Source: Eledone cirrhosa (taxonomy: Eukaryota). Taken from it: DNA of 64,000 nt. The stretch lies in contig OZ024742.1 in the NCBI GenBank assembly GCA_964016885.1, positions 326,926,001 through 326,990,000 on the forward strand, written 5' to 3'. The position numbers and the translations under genes were made by a program. Below, piece by piece: positions 26,547 through 40,053 of this stretch (the stretch's first letter is position 1; every line of letters begins with the position of its first letter). The notes below the pieces were generated by a model that was not told where the DNA came from, ran no database searches, and was given only the letters and a program-made list of their open reading frames with translations.

Positions 26547-26919
26547 ATGTGTCCTTCCATTTTGAAGACAGTAGGATATAATTTGAAGGAGATTCAGCTG
26601 CTGTTTCTAGTATGAGTTTAAGAAACTACAAAGAGGCTCCATTTCTTTGCTGAGGAGTATTTAAAAGGAGGGAAGGATCATAAATAAAGTACCAATCTAG
26701 GGTAGTGGATTAGTGAAAGTGTTAGAGCATTGGATGGGATGTCTTGAGATGTCTATTCCAGCTCAATGCCTTCTGGGTTTTATCTGCCACATTTATTGGG
26801 AAAAAGTTGATAGGACTGACACCCTACCATTAAAGTACTCAAGAATCCTCCTATGAGGTTAAATCTCATAGGAGGCTGGCCAGGTGTGAGTAATAAGAAA
26901 AAAAATAGAGAAGGAAAAC

Positions 26920-27485
26920 AGAGAGGACAACACAGGCTTAATCACAGGCTAAAATCAAGTACAAGGGGTACAGCACCTTATGGTAATTTTAGGGAAATCC
27001 ACACAAAACCTTGGATAACTCAGTTACATCAAGAGCTTTGGCAATGCCCTCTCCCCGATTTTTTTCTCCCCGTTTCAAAAAACATTCAGAATAGGCTCGT
27101 TTGGCCTCATCAATCTTGTTGCTCTCACCTATCTTTCAGAAAACACATTAGAGGGCAACACCTCTCTTTATGCCCTATCTTTCCTCTTTAAGTAAAACTT
27201 GAAGAAGTTGATGAGGGCTTGGGCAGAGAGGAACATCCCTGATCTCATACCTTTCAGGTGTGTCCACAATACAGCTTCTTTCGCCATAGTCACCAGACAG
27301 AGGAAGACTTGCAGTGCTTCCTTTCTAAAGCTAGGTAGCAGCTCAATATTTATGATGGACTTGGATGATAGCCAAATTTGCCCTACATGTAATAGCAACT
27401 AATCAACAAAAGCCCACAAATCTGCAATGTACAGACAAATGGCAATAGCGCATAGGATTGCTTAATCGCCCTGAGTGCATCTAAA
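26920..27485 (-). mobile_element. L1/Tx1-clade LINE 3' remnant
   Basis: VFLCLVTMAKEAVLWTHLKGMRSGMFLSAQALINFFKFYL, homologous to 18255-18488. Confidence 0.7.
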
Positions 27486-29468
27486 ACAAATTTAGGTGTT
27501 AGCACTTCCTTGCCTGAATGGTATTGCAAAGTTTTCAACTAAGTCATTAAACTGATTCCTTCGCTTTCTCTCTCTCATATAATATATATATATATCCATC
27601 TAAACCCATGCTCGCGTGGAAGATAGATGTTAAACGATGATGATGATGATGAGGAAAATTATTTTTAAAAAAAGGGTTTGAAAAGTGCACCTGGTATATA
27701 TATATAAAGGATCTTTATAACATGTGCAAAAATTGATGTTAACAAAGCCTGCTTTCTCCATTTTTGATTATCAAAACATTTGTTATTAGATTAAATTGTT
27801 TTTTCATTAAAACTTCTGCATGTTGATACTAGACCACATTGTACATGTTATAAAAATCCTTTATAAGATGTACAATCCTATTTTTCATCATTTCCCTTAT
27901 ATAATATGATCTGTATAGAACGTTTTCTAATGTCTACACTTTTTGTCACTATATATATATATGACCATTAAAACTTACCAATAACAAAATGGTCTGTCTT
28001 TCATCTCGTCACAAGTCCTGCAAAGATAGAAAGATAGATAGATTTACATTAAATTTTCTATTCTATGTTGTGTTCTGGCATGAATATTCATCAATTAAAT
28101 AATCACATTACTAAACATATACATATCATGAAAATTAGACTGGTCACTCTCAGATATATTCTACATCTTATTTCTCTGTATACAAAATCTTAGGCATAGT
28201 TAGATTTTGATGAGGACACAAAATGCCTGAAATACAGGAGATTTGGAGATTTTTGTCTTCTCATCAGTATAAAACTTCCCTTATGATTCTGGATAGGAGG
28301 AATATTTCTATAGCAGCACTAACACTAACATGCCTATATATTACATAACTGAGTTAATGAGACCTATGAAAGGACTTAAAAGTAATGTATTTCTTCTAAA
28401 TTCTGGCAGCTGTCTAAGTGTATTTTTAACTGACAAGGCTTTTGTGTTCATGAATATATGTGTGTGTTTATATATGTGTATGTTTGTGTGTGTGTGAGTT
28501 TGTGTAGGTGATGTGTGTGTGTGTTTGTGTGGTTGATGTGTGCGTGTGTACATTTGTGTGGGTGATGTGTGTGTGATGTGTGTGTATGGCACTGCTTATG
28601 TAAAATTTGAACACATGAAATATAACAAATTATATGAAATGTGAGCTCAACCACCTTCATTACCAGCAGCAATATCCCAACACCTCACTAACACAAGCAC
28701 CAGCCATATCCCCACTAACAGCTGGATTCACAAGCACCATCACCTCCACCATCATAACGACCACCACCTTCCCCATCATAACGACCACCACCTATAACAA
28801 CCACTACCTTTACCATAGCGACTAGCTCCATAACCCCACATAATTCCCACCACTACAAATGCCACCATTTGATACTACCAATACCAGAACAACATCACAC
28901 CATTAATATACTACTAGCACCACAACCAAAATATATAATTTTTTAGGTCACTGCCATGTATCATCATGCTTTCAACATTCGCACTAGGCAAGTTTCCCTT
29001 TGCAAGCAGCTGCACAAGAGCACTGAATCTGCAATTGCAATACATCATTTTTATGCTGCCTTTTCTCATAGCTGCACTAAATTAAAAATGGCAGGTAAAT
29101 GAAACCACACTCGTTAATTAACATTTCTGCCAAGTGCAGTATTATAATACATACAACGCAATTATGTGGCACACAGCAAGACACTGATAGTATTTCCTGC
29201 TTAACAGTTAGTAACATAAGCCAAACCATAAACAAATATGTCTACCTCATCCTATCCACAGGCACACATACAGATGCTTTGTCAGTAAAGCTGGTCCACA
29301 GAAACTGTAAGGAAGCCGTTTATGTGTGAGTGTGTGTGTCTGTATATATATACATATATAAAGTTTTCGTAGCATATAGATCAAGAAAACTACAGATAAT
29401 GGTAGTACCCAATACATGTGTAAGTACATAGGTCCTTGGGCTTTTACTAATTACTATATATAATATAT

Positions 29469-29506
<38 letters not shown>

Positions 29507-29508
<2 letters not shown>

Positions 29509-29788
29509 GGTTGGTGTTGGGAAGGGCACCCAGCCGTAGAAAACCCGCCAGACGTGTAGGTGTCACGACAAAAAAACATACAGTTCACGCTGTAATGTGG
29601 CCGTGTAGGTAACACGGTAAAAACCTCCCAGCACTCACTGTAAACGTGGTTGGTGTTAGGAAGGGCATCCAACCGTGGAAAACCTGCCAGACAGTCCTAT
29701 ACGAGCAGGACAACCAATCTTGCCTCAAGGGGGAAAACTCCCGTCCAAACCCATGCAAGCGTGGAAGATGGACGTTAAACGATGATGA

Positions 29789-29791
<3 letters not shown>
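29507..29791 (+). mobile_element. RTE 3' UTR fragment with partial internal duplication
   Basis: GGTTGGTGTT(A/G)GGAAGGGCA twice; CCCATGCAAGCGTGGAAGATGGACGTTAAAC(GAT)n. Confidence 0.8.
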
Positions 29792-29840
<49 letters not shown>

Positions 29841-30234
29841 AAGAGGGAGAGTGTGAGAGGGAGGGTGTGTGTGAGAGAGAGAAAGATACAGTAAGATAGA
29901 CACACATACATTATTTGTCTCTTCTCTTTACATTTGACATTGCATGCAGTGATATTTGTTTACGTTTACGTTAACAGAAATCCCGCAGCTCAAAAATCAA
30001 ACACACAAATATAAGTACTTTCCTAAAGAAAGAAAGTGAAGGACTTTGAGGCAGGTTTTATATAACCAGATGCACTTCCTGATACCAACCCATACCTTAT
30101 TTTAGGTAGGGCATATATACTGCTGATATTCATTAAAACACTATACTCCAGGACAAAAACAAATGTCTCCACTGGCTTTATAAATAGAATAGCAGGTTTG
30201 CAATGACCAGCATAAGCACACACAAAAGACATCC

Positions 30235-30448
30235 ATAACCCTTTAGCATTTAAACTGGCCGTATCCGGCCAGAATTCTCTCACCTCTTTCTGTTCAACCC
30301 GGCTGTAACCAGCTACACATACTGATGTTAAGGTATTGTTCTCAAAATAAATTATATCAAAATCTCAGATTCAATATTATGTGAGATAAAGCCTTTACAA
30401 TGAAAATATAATAGTAAATATAGAGTAATGTAAATGCTAAAGGGTTAA
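30235..30448. mobile_element. piggyBac-like MITE family P
   Basis: TAACCCTTTAGCATTTA ... TAAATGCTAAAGGGTTAA. Confidence 0.85.
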
Positions 30449-30449
30449 C

Positions 30450-30590
30450 GTTTCCATCTACCAAATTATTCACAAAGTATTGGTCAGCCCAGGGTTATAG
30501 TAAAAGACACTTGTTTAAGGTTCCAAGCAGTGGGACTGAACCCAAACCATATTATTCCAACGTAAACTTCTTAACCACACAGACATGCCA
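30450..30590 (-). mobile_element. CORE-type SINE remnant
   Basis: Reverse of GCATGTCTGTGTGGTTAAGAAGTT...GGTTCAGTCCCACTG. Confidence 0.65.
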
Positions 30591-30659
30591 TATATTTATT
30601 CATAACCCATGTTGTGTCCTTTGGTAAACATTGATGCTTCATAGTTAACTATCTTATAT

Positions 30660-31148
30660 CTCCTTCCTTCAAAAATGAAGGAGAGGCGGTTTTCCTCTGT
30701 GTAATGGCTATGGTGAAAGAGGCTATATAGTGGACGAGACTGAAAGGACTGAGGTCAGACACCTTTCTCTCCGGCGAACTGGTTGGCTTCTTCAAATATC
30801 ATTTTAGAAGAAGAATCAGAGTGGAGAGAGAGGTGCAGCAAATTTTACAAAAGGTGGGTGAATGTGGCAAGGATGGCCCGAGTGGTTGTGCCTTCTCTCT
30901 ATATAAGCCTGTAGGTCGAGGAAGAAGAGAAAGAGAAGAGAGGAGTGCTCGCTCTTCGTGCTCCTGGAGATGAGAGTTGTACATTTTTTTCGGGGTGTGT
31001 GCAACCCATTTGTAACGCCTCCCCCCTATTGGGGATTTCGTTTGTTTTATTCATTATTTTTGTTATACATTTTTACACGCCTTGTATGTAAACTCCGTAA
31101 TTGTATTTGTCCCCATCTTTTGCACCCTTGTGGCAAATAAAGAAATAT
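30660..31148 (+). mobile_element. L1/Tx1-clade LINE 3' end
   Basis: Close to 18318-18530 (TTCAAAAA.GAAGGAGAGGCGGTTTTCCT); ends CCCTTGTGGCAAATAAAGAAA; possible TSD TATCTTAT. Confidence 0.8.
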
Positions 31149-32800
31149 ATCTTATCTCTCAGTTAGCTACCTACACTCTCCAGTCGGGCCCGCTCAACTT
31201 CCTCTTCCTTCTATTTACTGTGTTTCACTTACTAAAAACACACACTTACACTACTTCAACCAATCTATTGCCTCTAAAACTTCAGCCTTCTGGATCAAAC
31301 CTTAGCAAGTTAATATTATAAAAGGCCAAGCTGTATGTCCTTTTGTGTTTGAAGGTTACTCTCTTTCTATTACACTACAGAAATGTTGAAAGAGAAGGCA
31401 GCTACTGTGCTGAGAGAGGTGGGAAAAAGAGAAAAATATGACAGGCAGACAGGCAGATAGATAGATAGGCTGAAGAAAAGAGAGAAAGAAGTTCCTTTTT
31501 ATGTTTGATGATTTCTTTCTTTCTATCACACTATAGGAATCTTGAAAAAGAAAGTATTTACTGTGCTGAGAGTGGTGGAAAAGAGAAAGAAAATGTTATA
31601 AAGAGCATGGGAAAGATCGTGAGATAGTCAACAGTCAGCAGCAAGCAAGACAGATAGGTGGACAAACACAGTGACATATACGAAAGGAAGGAAGGAAAGA
31701 AAGAAGAAGTGACAGAGAGTGTAAAAGATAAGTGTAAACAAGAAAGATATAGCTCTACAATAGAGATATCAAAGCTGCTATCAAGAATGAGAATAAATGA
31801 AAGAAGCCAAAATGAAATATGGCTTGAAGCAGATAGAGTATGAATTACTGAAGATGACAGAAAACTTAATGCCTGTGGAAATGAGAAATGACAAGGTATC
31901 ACTTCTGGTTCAATGAAATATCACCCATCTCAAGGGTTCTTGTATAATATTTAACCTTTCAACATAATTTGAGATAAGAACTTTGTTAAATTATATTAAA
32001 AATCCCATCTTAATAATGAAATGACAAGTTTAATAAATTCTCGATTTAGGAGAAAATATCTAAAGGCAGATTTATAGCATCTTTATGAGTGGACAGAGTG
32101 TTGTGAACATTTTCAGTATTAACCCTTAACATCCTATAATGATTTAGCAGAAAATATCTGAAAACAGGTTTGTTAATTCAAATGTTTATAGTATCTTTAC
32201 TGGTGGACAGATTATTGTAAAGATGTGCAGTATTAGAATAATGACTTTAATTTTTAATGCAATGCAATCATTGTACTGCTTTGTACTTCTCAAGAATGTT
32301 GTAGAGGATGCTGAGAGTTAATTAAAATACATTTGGTCATAAGAGGGTAAATAATGTTGAATATTTATTCTCTATTATTTATAGCATATGAGTTGTCACT
32401 GAGAGCAGAAAGGAACTGTTTTAGACATTATATCTTATCAGAGCTCATCAAGGAAGTATGATATATTTATATTCTGTTCTGGTTTTAGAAATGTAAGGAG
32501 GAAAGAGGTATAACAATTTCACCACACACTTACAAATAGAAACAGAGACAATGAGCGGGCCTCTATGTGGTCAAACGAATTGTTAGAAATAGCAGCTAAA
32601 TCTTCAAAATAATACATAACCATTTTAAAAATGTAAAGAGGGATAACAACTAAACACCCAAAATGCAGACAAAAACAGGAGCTTCTATAAAGTCATATGA
32701 GAAGCAAAAAATAGCAGCAAAATTTCCATCAAATCATTTACTGCAATCTTAACCCTTTATCATTTACTGCAATCTTAACCCTTTATCATTTACTGCAATC

Positions 32801-33021
32801 TTAACCCTTTAGCATTTACATTATATATACTATTATATTTTCATGGTAAACACTTTATCTCACATAATTATCTCATATAATATCGAATCTATGAGATTTT
32901 AATATTTATTTTGAGAACAATACCTTAACATCAGTATGAGTGGCCAGTTACAGCCAGTTTGAACAGAAAGAGGTGAGAGAATTCTGGTCAGATACAGCCG
33001 GTATAAATACTAAACCGTTAA
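32801..33021. mobile_element. piggyBac-like MITE family P (inverted), preceded by a 26-bp tandem repeat
   Basis: TTAACCCTTTAGCATTTACA start; CATTTACTGCAATCTTAACCCTTTA(T) x3 at 32735-32810. Confidence 0.8.
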
Positions 33022-33807
33022 TGACTAATGAAGAGGACATTTGATAACACTGTAGTTTGAGGTACACTCATCATCCCATTTCATTTCCTTTCTTTTGAAA
33101 AAATATTTCCAAACCCTGAAATATCATGAAATATAAGGCAAAGTCTTGTTATTTTTAGCTTTTTGTTAGTCATATTTTACTCTTGTTTGTATTATTTTAT
33201 TTCTAACTTACATTGTACTGTCAACAACATATTACATAATATTTCAGCTGGCTGGTGATATACCATACTACATCCTACACAAGCAAGATGAAATGAGCAG
33301 GGAGAGGATGTCTGTAAAAAGCAGAAAGATGTAACAACATTTAGGCTGCCCACACCCTCCTCACTATCTATTCCTTTCATCTAATCCTCTCCCTTGTACA
33401 CTTGATTTGTCCCTCCCCCACAATAGTCATACCCCCATACAGTCACCACCACCCACCCCCACCACCCCATCCACATCCCTCACTCCAACTCAACAGTGGA
33501 TATACCTTCACTGTAATTCCAAACACTGCTTGCTGTCTCTCTCTTTCTCTCTCTCCTGCTCTCCAAGACCACCTACTTCCCAACACACTTCCTTCCCCAC
33601 AAAACACTGCCAGATTTACCCCCAAATTCCCTCCCTCCATGCCCAACCATGCCAGCATAGAAAGCTAGGTTTACCTCATAATACCACCAAACACTGTTCA
33701 CTTACCCTAGGCCACCCACCCAACCCTGACTGGACTAGTGACAGGCAACTCAAACCCTGCTCTTTCCCCACTCATCCTAGCCTGGCCAGGGATGCAAGTG
33801 TGACAAC

Positions 33808-33975
33808 CAGTGCCAGATTTACCATTGTGCTTAGGTCTGCTTAATTAACCACAGGGCTCTGTTGGCTAGGGGCCCATCTTTCTACCAAAAGATTTTTTAC
33901 CTTCTTCAGGGCCCAAAGTAAGGGGCCTCATAACTTAACTAACACAGAGCCTCATTTGTCCTAAATCCAGCATGG
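33808..33975. mobile_element. hAT MITE
   Basis: CAGTGCCAGATTTA ... TAAATCCAGCATGG; 8-bp TSD GTGACAAC at 33800-33807 and 33976-33983. Confidence 0.7.
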
Positions 33976-34424
33976 GTGACAACAGTCAGTGGTGAAGGAG
34001 GATTCAGTAACTTGTTACCAATCAACATTGATCACTTTATCCTACACTGCCAAAATCAGGTTGTATCACTGAAGTACAACACATAAATGGAAATGCCAAG
34101 GATACAGGTATAGTGTACAGTGAAATGCAGGTATGAGAGAAAACCTTTCCTATGTCTAGTCTGAAGGTTACAGATCAGACTTGAGGAATCTTGAAGAACT
34201 TGTGAATTAGTAAATCATACAAGATAGTTTGTGAATATCATAAATATCAAAAATATCATACAACTATTAAACCTGTCATCCCCCAAAACACTGCCTATGT
34301 AATTAAGTAATTTTGAAAATAATCAAGAATTTGGAAGGATTAATCAAGAATTTGAAGGTATTAATCAAGAATTTAGAGGGATTAAATAATGCAATTAACT
34401 TTCTCATTATTTATTTGGTGATTA

Positions 34425-34635
34425 GGGTGGTGGATTGGTAGTATCAGTAAAGTGTCAGAGACCATGCTTTGCAGCATAAAGTTATGGCCCATTACGTTCC
34501 GAGTTCAAATTCCACCAAAGTTAGCTGTACCTTTCATCCTTACGGGGTTGATAAAATAAAGTACCAGTCACGCACTGGAGTCGATTTAATTGACTTTCCC
34601 TGACACCAAAAATTGCTAAATCAGAAACCATTATT
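34425..34635 (+). mobile_element. SINE family A
   Basis: Head, B-box GAGTTCAAATTCC, core. Confidence 0.8.
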
Positions 34636-34984
34636 AATTTGGTGCATCTGAACATAGCTTTAAAAGGTTCTTATAATGGAAGGTTTTTAGTTAATTATAA
34701 ACAGTTAAAAACAAACAGTTTATATATCCTAGAACTTTGGGAAGTGTTTGTTATCAAAAGATTTAATACTATAGGAAACCTGATGACTCCAGCTAAGAGT
34801 AGGCCACAGCAGAGAGCAGTACTCAGCAATGGATAGATTAACAGAATTGTTTACAAAACAGTAAAAACTTTCATATTATTACCAGAGGATTGTATTGAGT
34901 AACATCAGTAACTGGCAAAATATAGTTTATGTTAATTACACATATAATAAACATACTAGGTATGTGCACATTATATAAATATAT

Positions 34985-35590
34985 ATCATCATCATCACCG
35001 TTTTACGTCCGTTCTTCCACGCTAGCATGGGTTAGACGGGTTGTCCTGTTGTGGGCAGTGTCTGGTCGGCTGACCATGCCTTGCTCATACAGGAACTGAT
35101 CTGGCTTGATTTCTACAGCTGGATGCCCCTCCTAACACCAACCTCATTTACAGTGAGTGCTGGGTGCTTTTTCGTGGCGCCTACACGTCCACTTTACAGT
35201 GTGGGCTGGGTGCTTTTTTGCCGTGGCACCTCCACGACCACCTTGCAGTGGGGGGTGTGGGGGCATATTGTCTATATGCTTCAGCTTGTACCCATGGGAG
35301 GTCGGGTACTCTGTATTACTGCGTGACGCCAGAGGTCACGGTCGTGTGTCATTGCCTTTGAGAGGTGTAATTGGGTAAGGTCGGCTTTTATCACCTCATC
35401 CCAGGTCATCTTGGGTCTCCCCACTCCGCGGTTTCCATCGACTTCTAGTGCTCTGCACCTTTTTATGCATTGTCATCCTTCATACGCATCACATGTCCAT
35501 ACCAGCGCAACCGCCTCTCCTGCACACAGCATTTGATTCCTCTTATGCTCAGTCTCTCTCTCAATTCATTTATGCTTTGTCGTTCACGTA
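34985..35590 (-). mobile_element. RTE LINE 3' end (inverted partner of 35823-36955)
   Basis: Near-exact reverse complement of ~36355-36955. Confidence 0.9.
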
Positions 35591-35822
35591 CACACATATA
35601 TCATCATCATCATCACCAATACACACACATATATATACACATACACATATATGTACACACACATATATATATATATATATATAAATACATATACACACAC
35701 ATATATATATACATATATATACACACACACACACATATGTATATACATATATATACACACACACACACACATATGTATATACATACATATACACATACGC
35801 ATATGTATATATACATATATAT

Positions 35823-36955
35823 GTAAGTAGACGAGGAAACAGAACCCAGATCCCCTCAGGGAAATGGCCTTGCTCAGTATGTAGGAAAGGTGTAGGTAGG
35901 AACTCCATTCTCTGCCCCAAATGCAAACAATGGGTACACAAGAGATGTAGCGAGATCTCAGGAAGCTTAATTAAGAATGTAGGATTCACATGCAGCAGCT
36001 GTGCTGAGACAGCAAGCAGCAAACAGCCACAGGAAACAAGTACCACCAATCTCTGGGAGGGCCCTGTAGAAACAGTAGACAGCTTCTGCTACCTCGGTGA
36101 CCAAATTAGCAGCGGAGGTGGGTGTTCAGAAAGTACAATAACTAGGGTAAGAACGGGATGGAAGAAGTTTAGGGAACTACTACCACTGCTAGCTGCAAAA
36201 GGCTTCTCCCTCAGAATGAAAGGCAGACTGTATGATGCATGTATCCAAACAGCGATGTTGCATGGTAGTGAGACCTGGGCACTGAAGGTGGAAGACTTAC
36301 GTAGATTAGAGAGAAACAAAGCCTGCATGCTCCGATGGATGTGTAACAGTAATATACATGAACGACAAAGCATAAATGAATTGAGAGAGACTGAGCATAA
36401 GAGGAATCAAATGCTGTGTGCAGGAGAGGCGGTTGCGCTGGTATGGACATGTGATGCGTATGAAGGATGACAGCTGCATAAAAAGGTGCAGAGCACTAGA
36501 AGTTGATGGAAACCGCGGAGTGGGGAGACCCAAGATGACCTGGGATGAGGTGATAAAAGCCGACCTTACCCAATTACACCTCTCAAAGACAATGACACAC
36601 GACCGTGACTTCTGGCGTCACGCAGTAATACAGAGTACCCGGCCTCCCATGGGTACAAGCTGAAGCATATAAACAATATGCCCCCACACCGCAAGGTGGT
36701 CGTGGAGGTGCCACGGCAAAAAAAGCACCCAGCCCACACTGTAAAGTGGACGTGTAGGCGCCACGAAAAAGCACCCAGCACTCACTGTAAATGAGGTTGG
36801 TGTTAGGAAGGGCATCCAGCTGTAGAAATCAAGCCAGATCAGTTCCTGTATGAGCAAGGCATGGTCAGCTGACCAGACACTGCCCACAACAGGACAACCC
36901 GTCTAACCCATGCTAGCGTGGAAGAACGGACGTAAAACGGTGATGATGATGATGA
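35823..36955 (+). mobile_element. 5'-truncated RTE LINE with PHD finger, RT C-terminus, 3' UTR and (GAT)n tail
   Basis: GKWPCSVCRKGVGRNSILCPKCKQWVHKRC..FTCSSC; VDSFCYLG; MLHGSETW; RRLRWYGHVMR; GRPKMTW; one 2-bp frameshift near 36385. Confidence 0.9.
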
Positions 36956-37056
36956 TATACACACACACACACACACATATATATATACATATACACACAC
37001 ACATATATATACGTACATACATATATTTGCATATATATACACAAATATACACATAC

Positions 37057-37107
<51 letters not shown>

Positions 37108-37429
37108 TATAAAATGTAATATTATACCCATTTAAATCTTGTTTAATATGAAAAATAAATAAAATTCCAGAAATACCGCATATGTGGAGTCATTCTATAT
37201 GTTAGTAACACACATACATACACACACATACACACAGTCACTCTATATGTTAGTAGCATGCACACACACACACACACTGTTTTTACGTCAACTTTTCCAT
37301 GCTAGCATGGGTTGGTCAGGACATTTTCAGGCAATGTTTTACAACCAGATGCCCCTCCTATCGCCAACCCTTTTAGTCACTTCTTATGACTCAGGGATAG
37401 AGAGTACCTAATCTAAACTGGATAAATAA

Positions 37430-37600
37430 TAGTTTCTACTTTTGGCACAAGGCCAGCAATTAACCCAGTGTATTACTGGTACTTTATTTTATTGACCCCG
37501 TAAGGATGAAAGGCAAAGCTAACCTCGGCAGGATTTGAACTCAGATCATGCTGTAAAGCATAGTGTCCGACCCTCTATCGATACTGCCAATCCACCGCCT
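37430..37600 (-). mobile_element. SINE family A
   Basis: Reverse complement of GGCGGTGGATTGGCAGTATCG head and core. Confidence 0.8.
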
Positions 37601-37837
37601 GAACCAGATAGATAATATACATAGATACAACAGACTTCAACATACTTTTAATCTACCGAGTTCCACTCACAAAGTATTGGGATATTTGGTTAACCCATGG
37701 CTATGGTAGAAGACAAATGCTCAATGTGATGTACTGAGTGAAATATTTCAAACTTATATGGCTGTGAAGTAAACTTCTTAACTACACAGCTATGTCTTCT
37801 TGCTCAATGTGACTAGGGTCATCTTAGGTCAGAGATA

Positions 37838-38080
37838 TCATCATGTGCAGAACCAACCAGGTATACAAGTGCCCTCCATAGCTGGTGGTCCCATGCCAGC
37901 CCCTCTGCATCCTCCAAGGTGACGTTGAGCCTCTAGAAATCTTCCTTGATGACATTCAGACATCTGGTTTGGGGTCTGCTGTGGCGCCTCTTCCAGCCTG
38001 TAGCGGCTGTGTCGAACAAGAGTAAAGCTCTGGTAGGATTATCTGGTGGCAGGCAGAGGAAATGTCCATACCAGCCGATG
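37838..38080 (-). mobile_element. Divergent RTE-type LINE 3' remnant
   Basis: GWYGHFLCLPPDNPTRALL...GWKRRHSRPQTRCLNVIKED. Confidence 0.65.
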
Positions 38081-38513
38081 TGGCAGATGGTTATGAGGCA
38101 GGAGGCTGAGGATGCATACATACATACATATCTAGATACACACACACATATTCACAAATATATACACACATTTATACAACCAACTGAAATAGCTTAGTTG
38201 GGAGAGTATTAGACTGGAGCTGTATAGTTCCTTAGAGCAATCCAGAAGTTTGGTATCTGGTGGATTCAAGTCAACAGAGAGCTTTTACGTGGACACACGA
38301 TAAGCTAGAAATAGCAGCTAAATCTTTATTAACACACATTAGCATCTCAAGTAAAAGAAAAATACATTTGGAAATATTTATATACAAAAAGATAGTATGA
38401 TAGTATGATCATGACCAGAACAACTTTGATGTAAATCTGCTCAATCAGAGCTGGCCTAGGGCTAAATAAAAACAACACATATGTATATACCACACACACA
38501 AAGACATCTATAT

Positions 38514-38610
38514 AATAATAATAATGAAATTATTGTGTACAGTGCTCAGGTGCACTAAAACTCATCAAAGATGCATGTATACTACATAGAATAATATATA
38601 CAAATATAAA
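38514..38610 (-). mobile_element. CR1/L2-group 3' tip
   Basis: (AAT)nGAAATTATTGTGTACAGTGCTCAGGTGCACT. Confidence 0.75.
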
Positions 38611-38626
38611 CGCATTAAAGAGAGAT

Positions 38627-38730
38627 TTAACCCTTTAGCATTCACATTACTCTATATATACTATTGTATTTTCATGGTAAAGGCTTTACCTCACATAATA
38701 TCTCACATAATATCGAATCTATGAGATTTT
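38627..38730. mobile_element. Half family P MITE
   Basis: TTAACCCTTTAGCATTCACA... truncated at the start of the 38730-39180 segment. Confidence 0.7.
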
Positions 38731-39234
38731 GAAAGTAAGGTGATAAGACCTTCGCTGTCAGCGGCCCGACTCCACCAAATGTCTCGAACGTCACAGGCTG
38801 GAAAAAATATAACGGTAAAAGAATATATGTTTATTGTGCTACGTTTGATTACAAACTAACAAGTTGTTTCAGGATGTACATACCAGTAAAGGTAGCAGTA
38901 AGCTCGCAGTGGCAAGGAACTGTGTTGTGGTTGAAGTGCTGATAGAAGAATTGCTGTTGGGCCCTTGTCGACAGGGCTGAAGTTTTTTTGCTAAGTGCTA
39001 CACGTCACTAGTGATGCTTCTCTTCCGAGTTACCAGGATCGACTGAGACCAAAGAACTTATCTCACTTTCACCTCGAGCTGACCAGCCAGTCCAGACAAA
39101 ATGACACCAGTTGAAATAAAGAGAAATAGCAGTCTGGTGTCCTTTGGGTGTTAGTGTATGAAGAGATTTCGTTATATACAAATATATTTATATGCGCACT
39201 AATTGCGCACATTACAACTAATATTTTTTATTTT

Positions 39235-39717
<483 letters not shown>

Positions 39718-39842
39718 GAAGTTGAGTAATATTGTAGAACAATAAAATTATGCATAAATCAGATAAGTAGCACTCAACAGTTGGTAGAACCGGAGTATAT
39801 ATAATAAAGATGAAATAAAGATGGTTATAAGAGTTCCATATA

Positions 39843-39905
39843 TTTTATTATACGTATTTCGAATACAAAATCATCCTGGGACAGATGTGTTCTCTTCAGA
39901 TAAAA
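39843..39905 (-). ncRNA. Type I hammerhead ribozyme (Penelope/retrozyme-like), intact core
   Basis: Minus strand TTTTAT-CTGAAGA-GAACACA..TGTATTC-GAA-ATACGTAT-A-ATAAAA: 6-bp stem I, G10.1-C11.1 stem II, palindromic stem III, AUA cleavage triplet. Confidence 0.75.
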
Positions 39906-40053
39906 AATAAAGTACAATGATATGAGACATAATAGCACTTGTTCATAGGAAAGTGCTAAGTCTACATATATATATATGTAGATATATATATATGTAGACT
40001 TAACACTTTCCTATGAACAAGTGCTATTATGTCCCATATCATTGTACCTTATT

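Noticed and set aside
33248-33334. Possible exon after ATTTCAG (LAGDIPYYILHKQDEM...)
   Set aside because: Short, ends in a stop, no recognisable homology
34070-34136. Possible small exon (CAG|GTTGT...ATGCAG|GTATGA)
   Set aside because: Good donor but weak polypyrimidine tract and no recognisable peptide
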